Assembly: GCF_964213995.1 (NCBI RefSeq)
Contig: NC_135817.1
Location: 72,912,001-72,976,000, forward strand
Direction: 5' to 3'
Source of the DNA: Mustelus asterias
Lineage: Eukaryota
DNA: 64,000 bases
Below are positions 46,405 through 58,689 of the stretch, piece after piece; the first letter of the stretch is position 1; each line of letters begins with the position of its first letter. The notes under the pieces were generated by a model, which saw only the letters and a list, made by a program, of their open reading frames with translations, was not told the origin of the DNA and did not search any database. A program made the position numbers and the translations under genes.

Positions 46405-49400
46405 GTTTTTTTTATTCATTTGTGGGACATGGGCGTCGCTGGCTGGGCCAGTATTTATTACCCATCCCTAGTTGCCCTTGAGAAGGTGGTGGTGAGCTGC
46501 CTTCTTGAATCGCTGCAGTACATTTCTGTGGGTTGACCCACAATGCCGTTAGGGAGGGAATTCCAGGATTTTGACTCAGCGACTGTGAAGGAACGGCGAT
46601 ATGTTTCCAAGTCAGGATGGTGAGTGGCTTGGAGAGTGGTGGTTTTCCCCTGTATCTGCTGCCCTTGTCCTTCTAGATGGAAGTGATCATGGGTTTGGAA
46701 GGAGCTGTCTGAGGATCTTTGGTGAATTGCTGCAGTGCATCTTGTAGATAGCACACACTGCTGCTACTGAACGTCGGTGGTGGAGGGATTGAATGTTTAT
46801 AGATGTGGTGCCAATCAAGCGGGCTGCTTTGTCCTGGATGGTGTCAAGCTTCTTCAGTGTTGCACCCATCCAGGCAAGTGGGAAGTATTTCATCACACTC
46901 CTGACTTGTGCCTTGTAGATGGTGGATAGGCTTTGGGGAGTCAGGAGGTGAGTTACTCGCCACAGTATCCCCAGCCTCTGACCTGCTCTTGTAGCCACTG
47001 TGTTTATGTGGCGAGTCCAGTTGAGTTTCTGGTCAATGGTAACCACAAGGATGTTGACAGTGGGGGATTCGGTGATGGTTACACCATTGAATGTTAAGGG
47101 GTGGTGATTAGAGTGTCTCTTATTGGTGATGGTCATTGCCTGGCATTTGTGTGGTGCGAATGTTACTTGTCACTTGTCAGCCCAAACCTGGATATTGTCC
47201 AGATCTTGTTGCATTTGAACATGGACTGCGTCAGTATCTGAGGAGTCGCGAATGGTGCTGAACATCCCCACTTCTGACCTTATGACGGAAGGAAGGTCAT
47301 TGATGAAGCAGCTGAAGATTGTTGGACCTAGGACACTACCCTGAGGGACTCCTGCAGAGATATCCTGGAGCTGGGATGACTGACCCTCCACAACCACAAC
47401 CATCCTCTTATGAACCAGGTATGACTCCAACCAGCAGAGTGTTTGCCCTGATACCCATTGAATCCAGTTTTGCTAGGGCACCTTGATGCCACACTCGGTC
47501 GAATGCAGCCTTGCTGAGGGCTGTCATTCTCACCTCACCTCTGGAATTCAGCTCTTTTGTCCATGTTTGAACCAAGGCTGTAATGAGGTCAGGAGCTGAG
47601 TGACCCTGGCGAAACCCAAACTGGGCGTCACTGAGCAGGTTATTGCTGAGCAGGTGCTGCTTGATAACACTGTTGATGATCCCTTCCATCACTTTACTGA
47701 TGATCGACAGTAGACTGATTGGGCGATAATTGGCTGGGTTGGATTTGTCCTGCTTTTTGTGTATAGGACATACCTGGGCAATTTTCCACATTGTTGGGTA
47801 GATGCCAGTGTTGTAGCCGGACTGGAAGAGCTTGGCTAAGGGAGCGGCAAGTTCTGGAGCACCAGTCTTCAGTACTATTGCCGGAATGTTATCAGAGCCC
47901 ATTTTGCAGCATTCAGTGCCTCCAACCGTTTCTTGATATCACGTGGAGTGAATCGAATTGGCTGGACTCTGGCATCTGAGATGCTGGGGACCACTGGAGG
48001 AGGCCGAGATGGATCATCCACTCGGCACTTCTGGCTGAAGATTGCTGCAAATACTTCAGCCTTATCTTTTACACTGATGTGCTGGGCTCCTCCATCATTG
48101 AGGATGGGGATATTTGTGGAGCCTCTTCCTCCAGTGAGTTGTTTAATTGTCCACCACCAGTCACGACTGGATGTGGAAGGACTGCAGAGTTTAGATCTGA
48201 TCCATTGGTTCTGAGATCGCTTAGCTCTGTCTATCACTTACTGTTTTTGCCATTTGGCAGCAAATAGTCCCGTTTGGTAGCTGCGCCAGGTTGACACCTC
48301 ATTTTTAGATATACCTGGAGATCCTCCTGGCATGTTCTCCTGCATTTTCCATTGAACCAGAGTGTGGTGGACCTCAGTTGTGCCTTTGTCCTATATGGAC
48401 CACCATTGTGTGTGTTGTCATACCTGGACATATCCCCTTCTTGTTTAGTTCCTCCCCTCGGCACCTAGTATAAAGGTGGCTGTCTCCTCCCCCTTGTTCA
48501 GTCCAGGTCGGTTATTTGTTGGGATGTGCTCCTGATTCAGTTGTGAATAAAAGCCTACACTTGTATTGGCACACCGGTAGTCTTTTGCCTTATTGATAGC
48601 GCATCACAGAGTTGATCCCCTGGCTTGATGGCAATGGTTGGGTGGGGAATATGCTGGGCCACGAGGTTGCAGATTATGCTAGAGTACAATTCCACTGTTG
48701 TTGATGGCCCACAGCGCCTCATGTATGCCCAGTCTTGAGTTGCTAGATCGGTTCAAAGTCTGTTCCATTTAACACGGTGATAGTGCCACACAACACGATG
48801 GAGGTTATTCTCAATGTGAAGGCGGGACTTCATCTCCACAAGGACTGTGCGGTGGTCACTCTTATCGGCGCTGTCATGGACAGATGCATCTGCAGCCGGC
48901 AGATTGGTGAGGATGGGGTCAAGTATGTTATTTACTCTCGTTGGTTCCTTCACCACTTGTTGCAGACCCAGTCTAGCAGTTATGTCCTTTAGGACCTGAC
49001 CAGCTTGATCAGTAGTGCTGCTGCCCAGCCACTCTTGGTGATGGACATTGAAATCCCCCACCCAGAATACATTTTGCGCCCTTGCCACCCTCTGTGCTTC
49101 CTCCAAGTGTTGCTCAACATGGAGGAATACTGATTCATCAGCCGGAGGAGGACGGTACGTGGTTACCAGTAAGAGGTTTCCTTGTCCATGTTTAACCTGA
49201 AGCCATGAGACTTCATGGGGTCCAGAGTCGATGTTAAGGATTCCCAGGACAACTCCCTCCCGACTGTATACCACTGTGCCGCCACCTCTGCTGGGTCTGT
49301 CCTGCTGGTGGGACAGGTCATATCCAGGATGGTAATGGTGTCTGGGGTGATCTCTGTAAGGTATGATTCCGTGAGAATGCCTATCAGTCTGTTGCTTGAT

Positions 49401-49530
49401 TAGTCTATGAGACAGCTCTCTCAATTTTGGCACTCGCTCCCAGATGTTAGTAAGGAGGACTTTGCAGAGTCAACAGAGCTGTTTGTTTTGCCATTGTCTT
49501 TTCCGGTGCCTAGGTCGATGCCAGGTGGTC
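46405..49530 (-). mobile_element. CR1/L2-group LINE, near-complete but frameshifted ORF2 (APE + RT)
   Basis: APE: GGGTVVYSR, YRPP, WVGDFNVHH, SDHRTV (48753-49433); RT: NYRPISLLS, QFGFR, AFDRVWH, GVPQGSVLGP; A-rich 3' end at 46405. Confidence 0.92.
48363..48606 (+). mobile_element. Solo LTR (Gypsy-like), 244 bp
   Basis: TGTGGTG...GCGCATCA ends; 5-bp TSD CAGAG (48358-48362 and 48607-48611); TATAAA about 48468, AATAAA about 48546. Confidence 0.9.
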
Positions 49531-50340
49531 ATTTTAAAGATCTATGCACCTGAACCCCCATGTCTCCTTGGACATCCACTGTACTTAACCTCATACCGTC
49601 TGCCTGGTCTATCATTTTTCAGTCCAAAATGAATAACCTCACACCTGCTGAGATTGAAATTCATAGAAGAAAGAATCCCTACAGTGCAGAAAGAGGCCAT
49701 CCGGCCCATCGAGTCTGCACCGACCACGATCCCACCCAGGCCCTACCCCCACATATTTACCTGCTAATCCCTCTAATCTACGCATCTCAGGACACTAAGG
49801 GCAATTTTAGCATGGCCAATCAACCTAACCCGCACATCTTTGGACTGTGGGAGGAAACCGGAGCACCCGGAGGAAACCCATGCAGACACGAGGAGAACGT
49901 GCAAACTCCACACAGACACTGACCCGAGCCGGGAATCGAACCCAGGTCCCTGGAGCTGTGAAGCAGCAGTGCTAACCACTGTGCTACCGTGCCGCCCATC
50001 TGCCAAAGTTTTGCCAATTTACCTATTGTATCCTTTTGTAATTTTGTGCTATTAAATACACTGTCCACAATGCCGCCTAACTTTATGTCATCAACACATT
50101 TAGAGAACTGACTTTTATGCCATTATCTTAGGGGAAATTCCGAGGGGAATTTCACCGTAACTTCATTGCAGTGTTAATGTAAGTCTTACTTGTGACTAAT
50201 AAATAAATAAACTTATCCAAATCATTAATAAATAATGCGAACAATTGAGGCCCCAACACTGATCTTTGTGGGAGAACACTAGTCACATCCCGCCACGTAC
50301 CTACCCATTATCCCTACTCTCTGTCACCTGCCAATGCAGA
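49530..50340 (-). mobile_element. Old CR1 RT fragment interrupted by HE1 copies
   Basis: FNLSRCEVIHFG (49542-49660); continues past 50000; its 3' end probably lies at 46180-46400. Confidence 0.6.
49662..49997 (-). mobile_element. HE1-like SINE, tail A
   Basis: Full length, low divergence. Confidence 0.92.
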
Positions 50341-50414
50341 GAAGCAAATGAAAATGTTCCCATTTCAGATGTTCAAGTGTTCAATGTCACAAATCAGATT
50401 TAGCACAGGTTTCT

Positions 50415-50755
50415 TTATTCATTCGTGGAACATGGCTGGGCCAGCACTTGTTGCCCATCCCTAGTTGTCCTTAGAGGGCAGTTGAGAGTCAACCACATTG
50501 CTGTGGCTCTGGAGTCACATGTAGGCCAGACCATGTAAGGACGGCAGATTTCCTTCCCTAAAGGACATTAGTGAACCAGATGGGTTTTTCTGACAATGGG
50601 TTTCACGGTCCTCAGTAGATTCTTAATTCCAGATATTTTTGAATTCAAATTCCACCATCTGCTGTGGCGGGATTTGAATCCAGGTCCCCCAGCACATTAG
50701 CTGAGTCTGTAGATTAATAGTCTAGTGACAATACCATTAGGCCATCGCCTCTCCA
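50415..50755 (-). mobile_element. tRNA-derived SINE family 2
   Basis: Homologous to 17135-17475. Confidence 0.85.
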
Positions 50756-51547
50756 CAGGTAGGTACAGAATAAATTTCCTCTGCTCTCTCGTGGCAACTG
50801 GTCACAGCGCCCATCTCAAAAGGCCAACAGATATCACAAGACATCATTCCCCACATCAGCCACCCTGTGGCTTCTTTGATTGCTAATTGGTGCCAAATTT
50901 TATATTGTAGGCGTATGTATATTAGGGACTGGTGTACATCTGAAATAGTACATTTATACACTGTTCTGTTTGATAGCTAAATTGATATCTGATCAAATAT
51001 ATTCAATTCAGACAATCATATTTAAGTAATATTAAAATCTGGGGTTGGAATTCATATTAGTCTTCATCTTTGAAAACCAAGTACCCAACAGCAGATGAGA
51101 ACAGCGTAGCCCAAATAATTATGAAATACAAAATAATATTAACAGGAAGTAATGCATCAAATGAGTGCAATTCCTCTGTGTCCTTTAGAACATAATCCTA
51201 CTCTAATATTTGGGCACATCGTCTAAGCTGCCGCTTTGGTATGGTGTTGATGACATGTTGCACTGCTGTAGGTGCCATCTTTCAGATGAGATGTTAAACC
51301 AAGACCCTGGCCGGGATTCGGGGGGGGGGGGGGGGGAGGGGGGTCTTAAGGGGACCTGATCTGGGCATGTCTCTTTTGTGGGGTGGAGGGGGTCACCCTC
51401 ATGCCTGTGTGGTGTGTGTGTGTGTGTGTGTGGGGGGGGGGGGGCGTGGGGGGGAGATGTCCTCTGTGCTGAGGGGTGAGGGGTTGGGGAAGCTCCTCTT
51501 GTCAGCGGGGGTCACTATGTCTATTGGGGGCCTGTCTGTCAGCATGG

Positions 51548-51659
51548 CAGCTCCGAAAGCTTGTGTGGCTTTTGCTACCAAATAAACCTGTTGGACTTTA
51601 ACCTGGTGTTGTTAACCTTCTTACTGTGTTTACCCCAGTCCAACGCCGGCATCTCCACA
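51548..51659 (+). mobile_element. Single-arm PLE 3' terminus including the tail
   Basis: 9-bp TSD TCAGCATGG (51539-51547 and 51660-51668); begins inside the hammerhead stem II loop. Confidence 0.88.
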
Positions 51660-51859
51660 TCAGCATGGGGAACAGAGTGCCCTTTTTAAAGGGTACCCCA
51701 ATCTCTGTCAAAACAGGCTGGCTGGCATGATTGCCGTAAATTTAAGTGATTAGGGTGGGTGAATCCCGAATGACAGATGCTGCTAACGTCAGCGGGGAAC
51801 ACTCCTGTTTTCCCTCTGGCAGGAGCACTTAGAGTGCGCCCCCTATCCACCTGTTCAGC

Positions 51860-52112
51860 CGGATGTAATAGATCCCTTGGTATTATTGAAGGAAGAGAAA
51901 GGAATTCTCCAAGCGTTCTCGCCAGCACTTATCCCACAGCCAATACCATCAGAACGGGACGATCTGACCTTTTATCTCATTCCTGTTTGTGGGAACTTGT
52001 TGTTTTGGCTGCGGCATTTGCTTGTGTGGAAACTGGGACTTTAAAAACCATTCCGTTATCGGTCCTGCAGCAATCCTGAGAGTGTGAAAGGCATCACATA
52101 ATGCAGGCTCCG
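51860..52112 (+). mobile_element. Old Deu-SINE remnant
   Basis: CTGTTTGTGGGAACTTGTTG..TTGGCTGC core; 5' part at 51250-51305. Confidence 0.55.
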
Positions 52113-52604
52113 TTTTATATGACATTCCTGTCCATTATTTTAACAAAGCCACGAGTGCTTATTTTACAGGGATTAATACAGCTGTCTCAAATCCTCCTAT
52201 TACTATTTTAACATTTTCTTTCTTTTTTTCCTTCCTATCTTTGTATTGTTATCAAATTTGGCTGCAATACAGTGGGTCTGTTCATCCAAGTCATTCACAT
52301 AGACCGTGTTATGATCTTCGAAGAAATCAATCTCTTCTAAAAGGAGCTTTGAACTACCACTTATTAACTGAAAGAATGACACATCAGGTTTTCACATTTT
52401 AAATTTTTAGCTTATTAAGTGATAATAAACAAATACTACTGAATAAATATTATTTTCTTTTCTAAACCACTTGCACTTTAACTGGGGGAATTTCACAGTA
52501 ACTTCATTGCACTGTTAATGTAAGCCTTACTTGTGACCAATAAATAAACTTTAAAAAAATAAACAATTCTTTATTACTTATCCGCCATTGCACACTCCAC
52601 GGTA

Positions 52605-52950
52605 GGGCGGCACAGTGGGGGGGGGGGCGGCATGGTGGCGCAGTGGTTAGCACTGCTGCTTCACAGCGCCAGGGACCCGGGTTCAATTCCCGGCTTGGGT
52701 CACTGTCTGTGTGGAGTTTGCACGTTCTCCCTGTGTCTGTGTGGGTTTCCTCCGGGTGCTCCGGTTTCCTCCCACAGTCTAAAGGCGTGCGGGTTAGGTT
52801 GATTGGGCCATGCTAGATTGCCCCTTAGTGTCAGGGGGACTAGCTAGGTTAAATACGTGGGGCCACGGGGATAGGAGCTGGGAGGGATTGTGGTCGGTGC
52901 AGACTCGGTGGGCCAACTGGCCTCCTTCTGCACTGTAGGGATTCTATGAA
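52605..52950 (+). mobile_element. HE1-like SINE, tail A
   Basis: Full length with a partly duplicated 5' end. Confidence 0.9.
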
Positions 52951-53744
52951 TCACATAGCTACAGATCTTATAGAAAACAGTTCACAGTTGCTCCTAGAAT
53001 CCCATGGGCTGCTTTGTTTCAACTTGCCCTGTCGGGTGACTCTAACCTCAGCAGTCTCTCTCACCGTGAGGGTTACACCGTTGATATCTTCCTCTAGCTC
53101 CAATCTAGACAAATCTTCCAGCCTCTTTTACTGCCTCAAACTTGATCTTCAGTCTGACTGCGAGCTCCCACCCACATTCTGTGCAGCAGAAAGATACAGT
53201 CAGCATTTTCTCTGCTTCAGGAGCAGGCCTGGCTGATTCTATCCCTTGTTCTCCAACTCTCAGTTAGCTGCAGACCCAAGAGAAAACTGCAACAACTGTC
53301 TGTGATATTTCTGGGTTTATAGGAAAGCCTGTAACCTAATCTGAAAATACTTCCTCTACCCTCTACTGTATTTAAACGGTGCACTACAAGAAATCTCAAC
53401 TCCCAAATGTTTTTGAAATGTACAACAGAAATAAATGCTTACTTTGTCAATCTATTTAGCACCTAACAAAAAACAGAAATGTATAGAATTTTGGTGTGAC
53501 AGCAAATACGTGTATTGAGAAAATTATAAAGGGCATTTAGTGCTCAAAGGAGCAATACTTTCCATGCTTACGCATTTTTACATGTGATGTCTGCATAAAC
53601 TCTGCTGCAGCAATGACTAAGTATTTTTAAACTTTTGATCGAATCATTCATTTTCTGGTTGTGTCAGCACATCTCGTAAATTTGGCAGAAGACCATTGGA
53701 AACATTGTTAATGTTCTTGTCGGTTTTGTGTAGCTTTACTGTAG

Positions 53745-54677
53745 GTGATCAGTAAGTTTGCGGACGACACGAAAATGGCTGGACTTGCAGATAGTGAGGA
53801 ACATTGTCAGAAGCTACAGAAGGATATAGATAGGCTGGAAATTTGGGCAAAGAAATGGCAGACGGAGTTCAATCCAGATAAATGCGAAGTGATGCATTTT
53901 GGTAGAACTAACGTAGGGGGGAGCTATACGATAAATGGCAGAACCATAAAGGGTGTAGATACGCAGAGGGACCTGGGTGTGCAAGTCCACAGATCCTTGA
54001 AGGTGACGTCACAGGTGGAGAAGGTGGTGAAGAAGGCATATGGCATGCTTGCCTTTATAGGATGGGGCATAGAGTATAAAAGTTGGGGTCTGATGTTGCA
54101 GTTGTATAGAACGTTGGTTCGGCCGCATTTGGAATACTGCGCCCAGTTCTGGTCGCCACACTACCGGAAGGACGTGGAGGCTTTAGAGAGAGTGCAGAGG
54201 AGGTTTACCAGGATGCTGCCTGGTATGGAAGGGCTTAGTTATGAGGAGAGATTGGGTAAACTGGGGTTGTTCTCACTGGAAAGACGGAGGATGAAGGGTG
54301 ACCTAATAGAGGTGTATAAAATTATGAAAGGCATAGATAGGGTGAACGGTGGGAAGCTTTTACCCAGGTCGGTGGTGACGTTCACGAGGGGTCATAGGTT
54401 CAAGGTGAGGGGGGGGGGGGGGGGGGTGGAGGTTTAACACGGATATCAGAAGGACGTATTTTACACAGAGGGTGGTGGGGGCCTGGAATGCGCTGCCGGG
54501 CAAGGTGGTGGAGGCGGACACACTGGGAACGTTTAAGACTTATCTCGATAGCCACATGAACGGAGTGGGAATGGAGGGATACAAAAGAATGGTCTAGTTT
54601 GGACCAGGGAGCGGCACGGGCTTGGAGGGCCGAAGGGTCTGTTCCTGTGCTGCTTTGTTCTTTGTTCTTTTTTGTTC
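53745..54677 (+). mobile_element. Young CR1 3' fragment
   Basis: ORF from ISKFADDTK stays open until a poly-G expansion at 54409-54426; (TTCTTTG)n tail. Confidence 0.93.
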
Positions 54678-55144
54678 TAAAACACCAACATACTGATGAC
54701 CCTCCAAAATTGATAGCTGCGGAAACAAAAACCCTAAACACAAGTATGAACCTGCGGGCAAATAGCACTCAGTTCAGAAGTTGGCCCTTCATGATGTCGG
54801 TGTCTTGCCACTCCATCTCTGTACGTCAACACTTCGGCATCCCCCAGGTGGTGGTGGAAGCAGGCAGAACTAACATACCATCATTGGCAATGATAGTCTT
54901 GTGTGGCAAGGTAGTTACGTGTGCCTTAGCAGCAGATGTCACAGCTATACATCTGTCTCTTTGCTAAGAAGGAGTCTGTTGACTCCAGGTAAGGCAATGT
55001 GACACTGGCTGTATCCATTAAGATGCAAATTATAAACAATCAGGCTTTTCTGCATTGATCACTGCAGTACGCCTTCTTTCAAGCAGAACCACTGAAAGCA
55101 TAACCTACAATGAGCACGAAACTTTTAAAGAATGTTGTACCATT

Positions 55145-55265
55145 TAAATTCTCCCTCAGTGTACTCAAACAGGTGCCGGAGTGTAGCGACTAGGCGATTT
55201 TCACAGTAACTTCACTGCAGTGTTAATGTAAGCCTACTTGTGACACTGATAAATAAACTTTAAAT
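55145..55265 (+). mobile_element. 5'-truncated HE1 tail B
   Basis: Tail B sequence. Confidence 0.8.
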
Positions 55266-57039
55266 TAAAGCATTTATAATTCCAGAACTGGTTCAGTTAC
55301 AATGAAGGGGCAGTGATATGTCCAAGACAGGATGGTGGGGAACGCGGATGTGGCAATGTCCCCATAGTTTTGTTGCTTTTGGAGATCCTGGTGGCTCGGG
55401 TTGCATGCTGAGTTGCTGCAGTGTCTCCGGTAGGTGGTAAATGCTGGAGTCCCGTACAATGCGTCGGTGCTGGAATCAGGTGGATAATGTTGGTATCTGG
55501 GTACCAGAAACTGGACACAAAACACTTCTTGTGCATGAAGGGCCGTGTTTAAATTGAATGGAAATCCTATGAAAATTTCCCGCTGCTCCTATCTCACCCA
55601 GACTTGAATAAAGATTTACCAAGTCTGTGCATATATTGGTTAAAATTGGATTTAACTTCATGGCGTAGGTACAATCTGACTAAAATGGGCACATCGGTAT
55701 AGGTTTATAGTGGGTGCCATGTTACGTAACTGAGGAGGAAAGTTGTAGGTGATCATCAATAAAACTGGACTTGTTATGTTAAGTTGCTGTCGATCTGTTT
55801 GTTCCAATAACAATAGCCTTAATCTTTTCTCCCTCTGCTTTAAGTTTGTGTAGTGTGTCTTCTGTGGAGGTTGAAACAAAACAGTAAGTGGAAACAATCT
55901 GATGTAAGCGGGTGACAGCTCATCGCTCGAGAGTCGACACAAAAATATTATCAACATGTACTGAGTGGAAATTCAGTCTCATTAGAAAAACCGCTCTGGC
56001 TTTCTGGTTAATGAAGTGATCTTGAGAAGACCATGTATTGATGAGGGCTGGCCTGGGGAACCCCTGGAGAATTCTAGAAGTTAAATAGATGTTTCCTTTC
56101 ATGTCAAAATCAATCAACACATTTGTTCTCAACTCTCACAGATGGCAGGAAACCTGCTTTTACTCCTGCGAGTGTCAGCGAATGTCACTGCCCCCCCCCC
56201 CCCCCCAGATCAATGCCCTTCATGTGCAGACGTTGCCAAATGATTTGTGCGTGTCATGCAATGCTTAATGTTCAGCAGAAGTAAATTATTCAAAAGCCAG
56301 TTTATGGTCTGGTGTACTTCGCTGTTTCCACACTGCTTTTCTGCAGCTAACGGTTCCGCAGAGGTGGACAAACCAGCACCGTAAACAGGCCCCTTGTCGC
56401 TGCTCTCACTGCAGGTGCTCACCATCAGAAGATAGAGATCCCAGCGTCACATCTGACACAAACAGTAACGCAAAGCAGACGGCATTTGGAGCAACCGTAG
56501 CTTTCGCCACAACAGTGAAGATAGTGAAACTGTTTGATAACTGCTTGCCTGTCAGGACATTCTCCACTCACTGGCGCCAGCAGCTGACTGAGAAAGTTTG
56601 ACGATGAGCGAGATTAAGCTTTAATGACATTTTAATATATTGTCCCACAATATCCACACTTGGACACCAAAATTCCTCAGGCTGCCAGGACTGTGCTCCC
56701 TAATAGCCTCCAGTGCTGATGCTGCCAAGCACAGTGTGAATCTACTGAAAAGCCACTTCATTGACATGTACTCTGTGGGTGCATGCGCCACTATGAGAAG
56801 AGCCTATATTTGGATACAGTGCTTTTCAGCACCTTTAGTCTTGTGGCTAATCAGCAAAGAAACGATTATCCCTCCCTTTGGCATCCACGATTTTCTCTAA
56901 CATGGATCTCACTTGTGGGACCCACTTTTGTCCATCTGGAGGGTGCTGTGTCTCAATATCAGGGTGAAAAAACAGGCGGTCACGGATACACCAGGCCCTG
57001 ACTGAGCCAATGCAATGAGTCCTCACTCAAGCAACACCA

Positions 57040-57685
57040 ACAAAAACAGATTCAGAAAAGCAGGGCTGACAGCATCTGAAGAGAGAGAAAGAGTTTACGG
57101 GTAGAAGTTTCTGAGTGGCACAGTGGAACCCCTCACCATGGGCACACCCCTGGGGGGGCAGTGCCAGGTGCCTGCCAGGGGGCAGCACCAGGTTACTGCC
57201 CGGGCATGACCCTCTGCCCTCTGAGACTGCACTCATCTGCCGGTCCTGCTTGCCAGGTGCATGTTGTGGAGGGGGGGGGCACCTGTTGTGGTTCACATCG
57301 GCGCGCCCTCACGCCAACATGAATCCAATGGCGGTGCAGGGCAGGGTCTATCAGGAATAAAGGCCAGTTAATGATATTTAACTCAATGCAAATGGGGATC
57401 CCAAATTTCAAAGTCGGAATTCCCATTACGTCACTGGCGGGGACAATTGATGAGGGAAATGCTGCCAGCGTAAAAGCCATTTTGGAATTCCCCAGGGGAT
57501 GTTTTGACCTTGTCACCATTCCCATGCCCTGAAAAAAGGAGCAGAAAGTCCTCTCCTGCGTTCCAGGTCGGAAGGTATTGACCTGAAACATCTGCTTCTC
57601 CCTCCACAGATGCTGCCAGACCTCCTGAGCACTTGCAGCATTTTCCGATTTCGTGTCAGGTTTCCAGCATCTGCAGCATTTTGCT
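57040..57685. mobile_element. Older palindromic PLE-derived element (second family), interrupted by a GC-rich MITE-like insert
   Basis: Left arm CAGCATCTG.AGAGAGAGAAA (57070-57092); right arm GAAGGTATTGACCTGAAACATC..CAGATGCTGCCAGACCT (57571-57685). Confidence 0.55.
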
Positions 57686-57706
57686 GTAGGGCAACAATAA
57701 CTGATC

Positions 57707-57928
57707 CCAAAAGAGAAAATGCTGGAAAATCTCAGCAGGTCTGGCAGCATCTGTGGGGAGAGAAAAGAGCTGACGTTCCGAGTCCAGATGACCAGCTTTG
57801 ACAAAGAGTCATCTGGACTCGAAACGTCAACTCTTTTCTCTCCTTGCAGATGCTGCCAGACCTGCTGAGGTTTTCCAGCATTTTTTCTTTTGGTTTCAGA
57901 TTCCAGCATCCGCAGTAATTTGCCCTTG
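57707..57928. mobile_element. Palindromic PLE-like element, second family
   Basis: Inverted arms of about 85 bp, one-sided tail of about 35 nt, TSD AACAATAACTG (57693-57703 and 57929-57939). Confidence 0.8.
57794..57832 (+). ncRNA. Minimal hammerhead ribozyme motif, U3-A8 core variant
   Basis: AGCT TTGACAA A GAGTC-ATCTG-GACTC GAAA C GTC AACT. Confidence 0.6.
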
Positions 57929-58689
57929 AACAATAACTGCTCGCCGAGTCATTACAAGACCGATATGCATTTGCCTACATAACGGCCACTGCAATTCTTC
58001 CCATATGAAATGAGTTGAGATGCTACTGAGAGGTATGAGAACATTTGTACATCTTGTTTTCTGTTCTGCAAGTTAAAATCTTGATCCAGCCTGTCAGGTT
58101 ACTTCAGGGTTATGAGTTTGCGATAGAAGCATGCTTTTTATATTCATTAATGGGGATGTGGGAGTCATTGACATTTATCATTTGAGCCTCGATATCTACT
58201 ACTTGTAAACTTCATATATTTTCCCCTCGTTGTTGAACCAATGGCCCTGATAGTAACTCTGAGGTGCATTCGGAGCAGGGGAGTAGGATGATGTAGGGTG
58301 TGAAGCCTGGAAGAAATCCCAATGTGTTGGTTTATGATATTTTAAAACCCTCAGCAGGTGTGGTGGATACACGGATCTTGTGTTCTTAACTGGAACATTG
58401 AAATGGCCAATCCAAAATGGTCATTGAAATGGCCAATCCAAGGATGGAGTTTAAGACAGTTAGGAGCTGAAGTAAAGTGAAGGAGATGGTTATGGGCCAC
58501 ACCGATATTTAATGATGTTTATCTTGATGCGCGGCTGGGTGGAGTAAGGCGTAGGACAGAGATACTCCCTCAGCGATAGGAACAATGAAGAGGGTGTGGC
58601 CTGCACTTAGCTGAGGAGATCAGCAGCAGCAGTATTGTGTCATGCTCCTGGACTCAGCACTTTAACGGTCTAAGCGGATCAGACAAGGC

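Noticed and set aside
57193-57933. 246-aa ORF on the minus strand
   Set aside because: It runs across palindromic repeats and a MITE-like insert; no protein motifs.
58396-58441. Direct duplication CATTGAAATGGCCAATCCAA
   Set aside because: Two-copy local slippage with no further structure.
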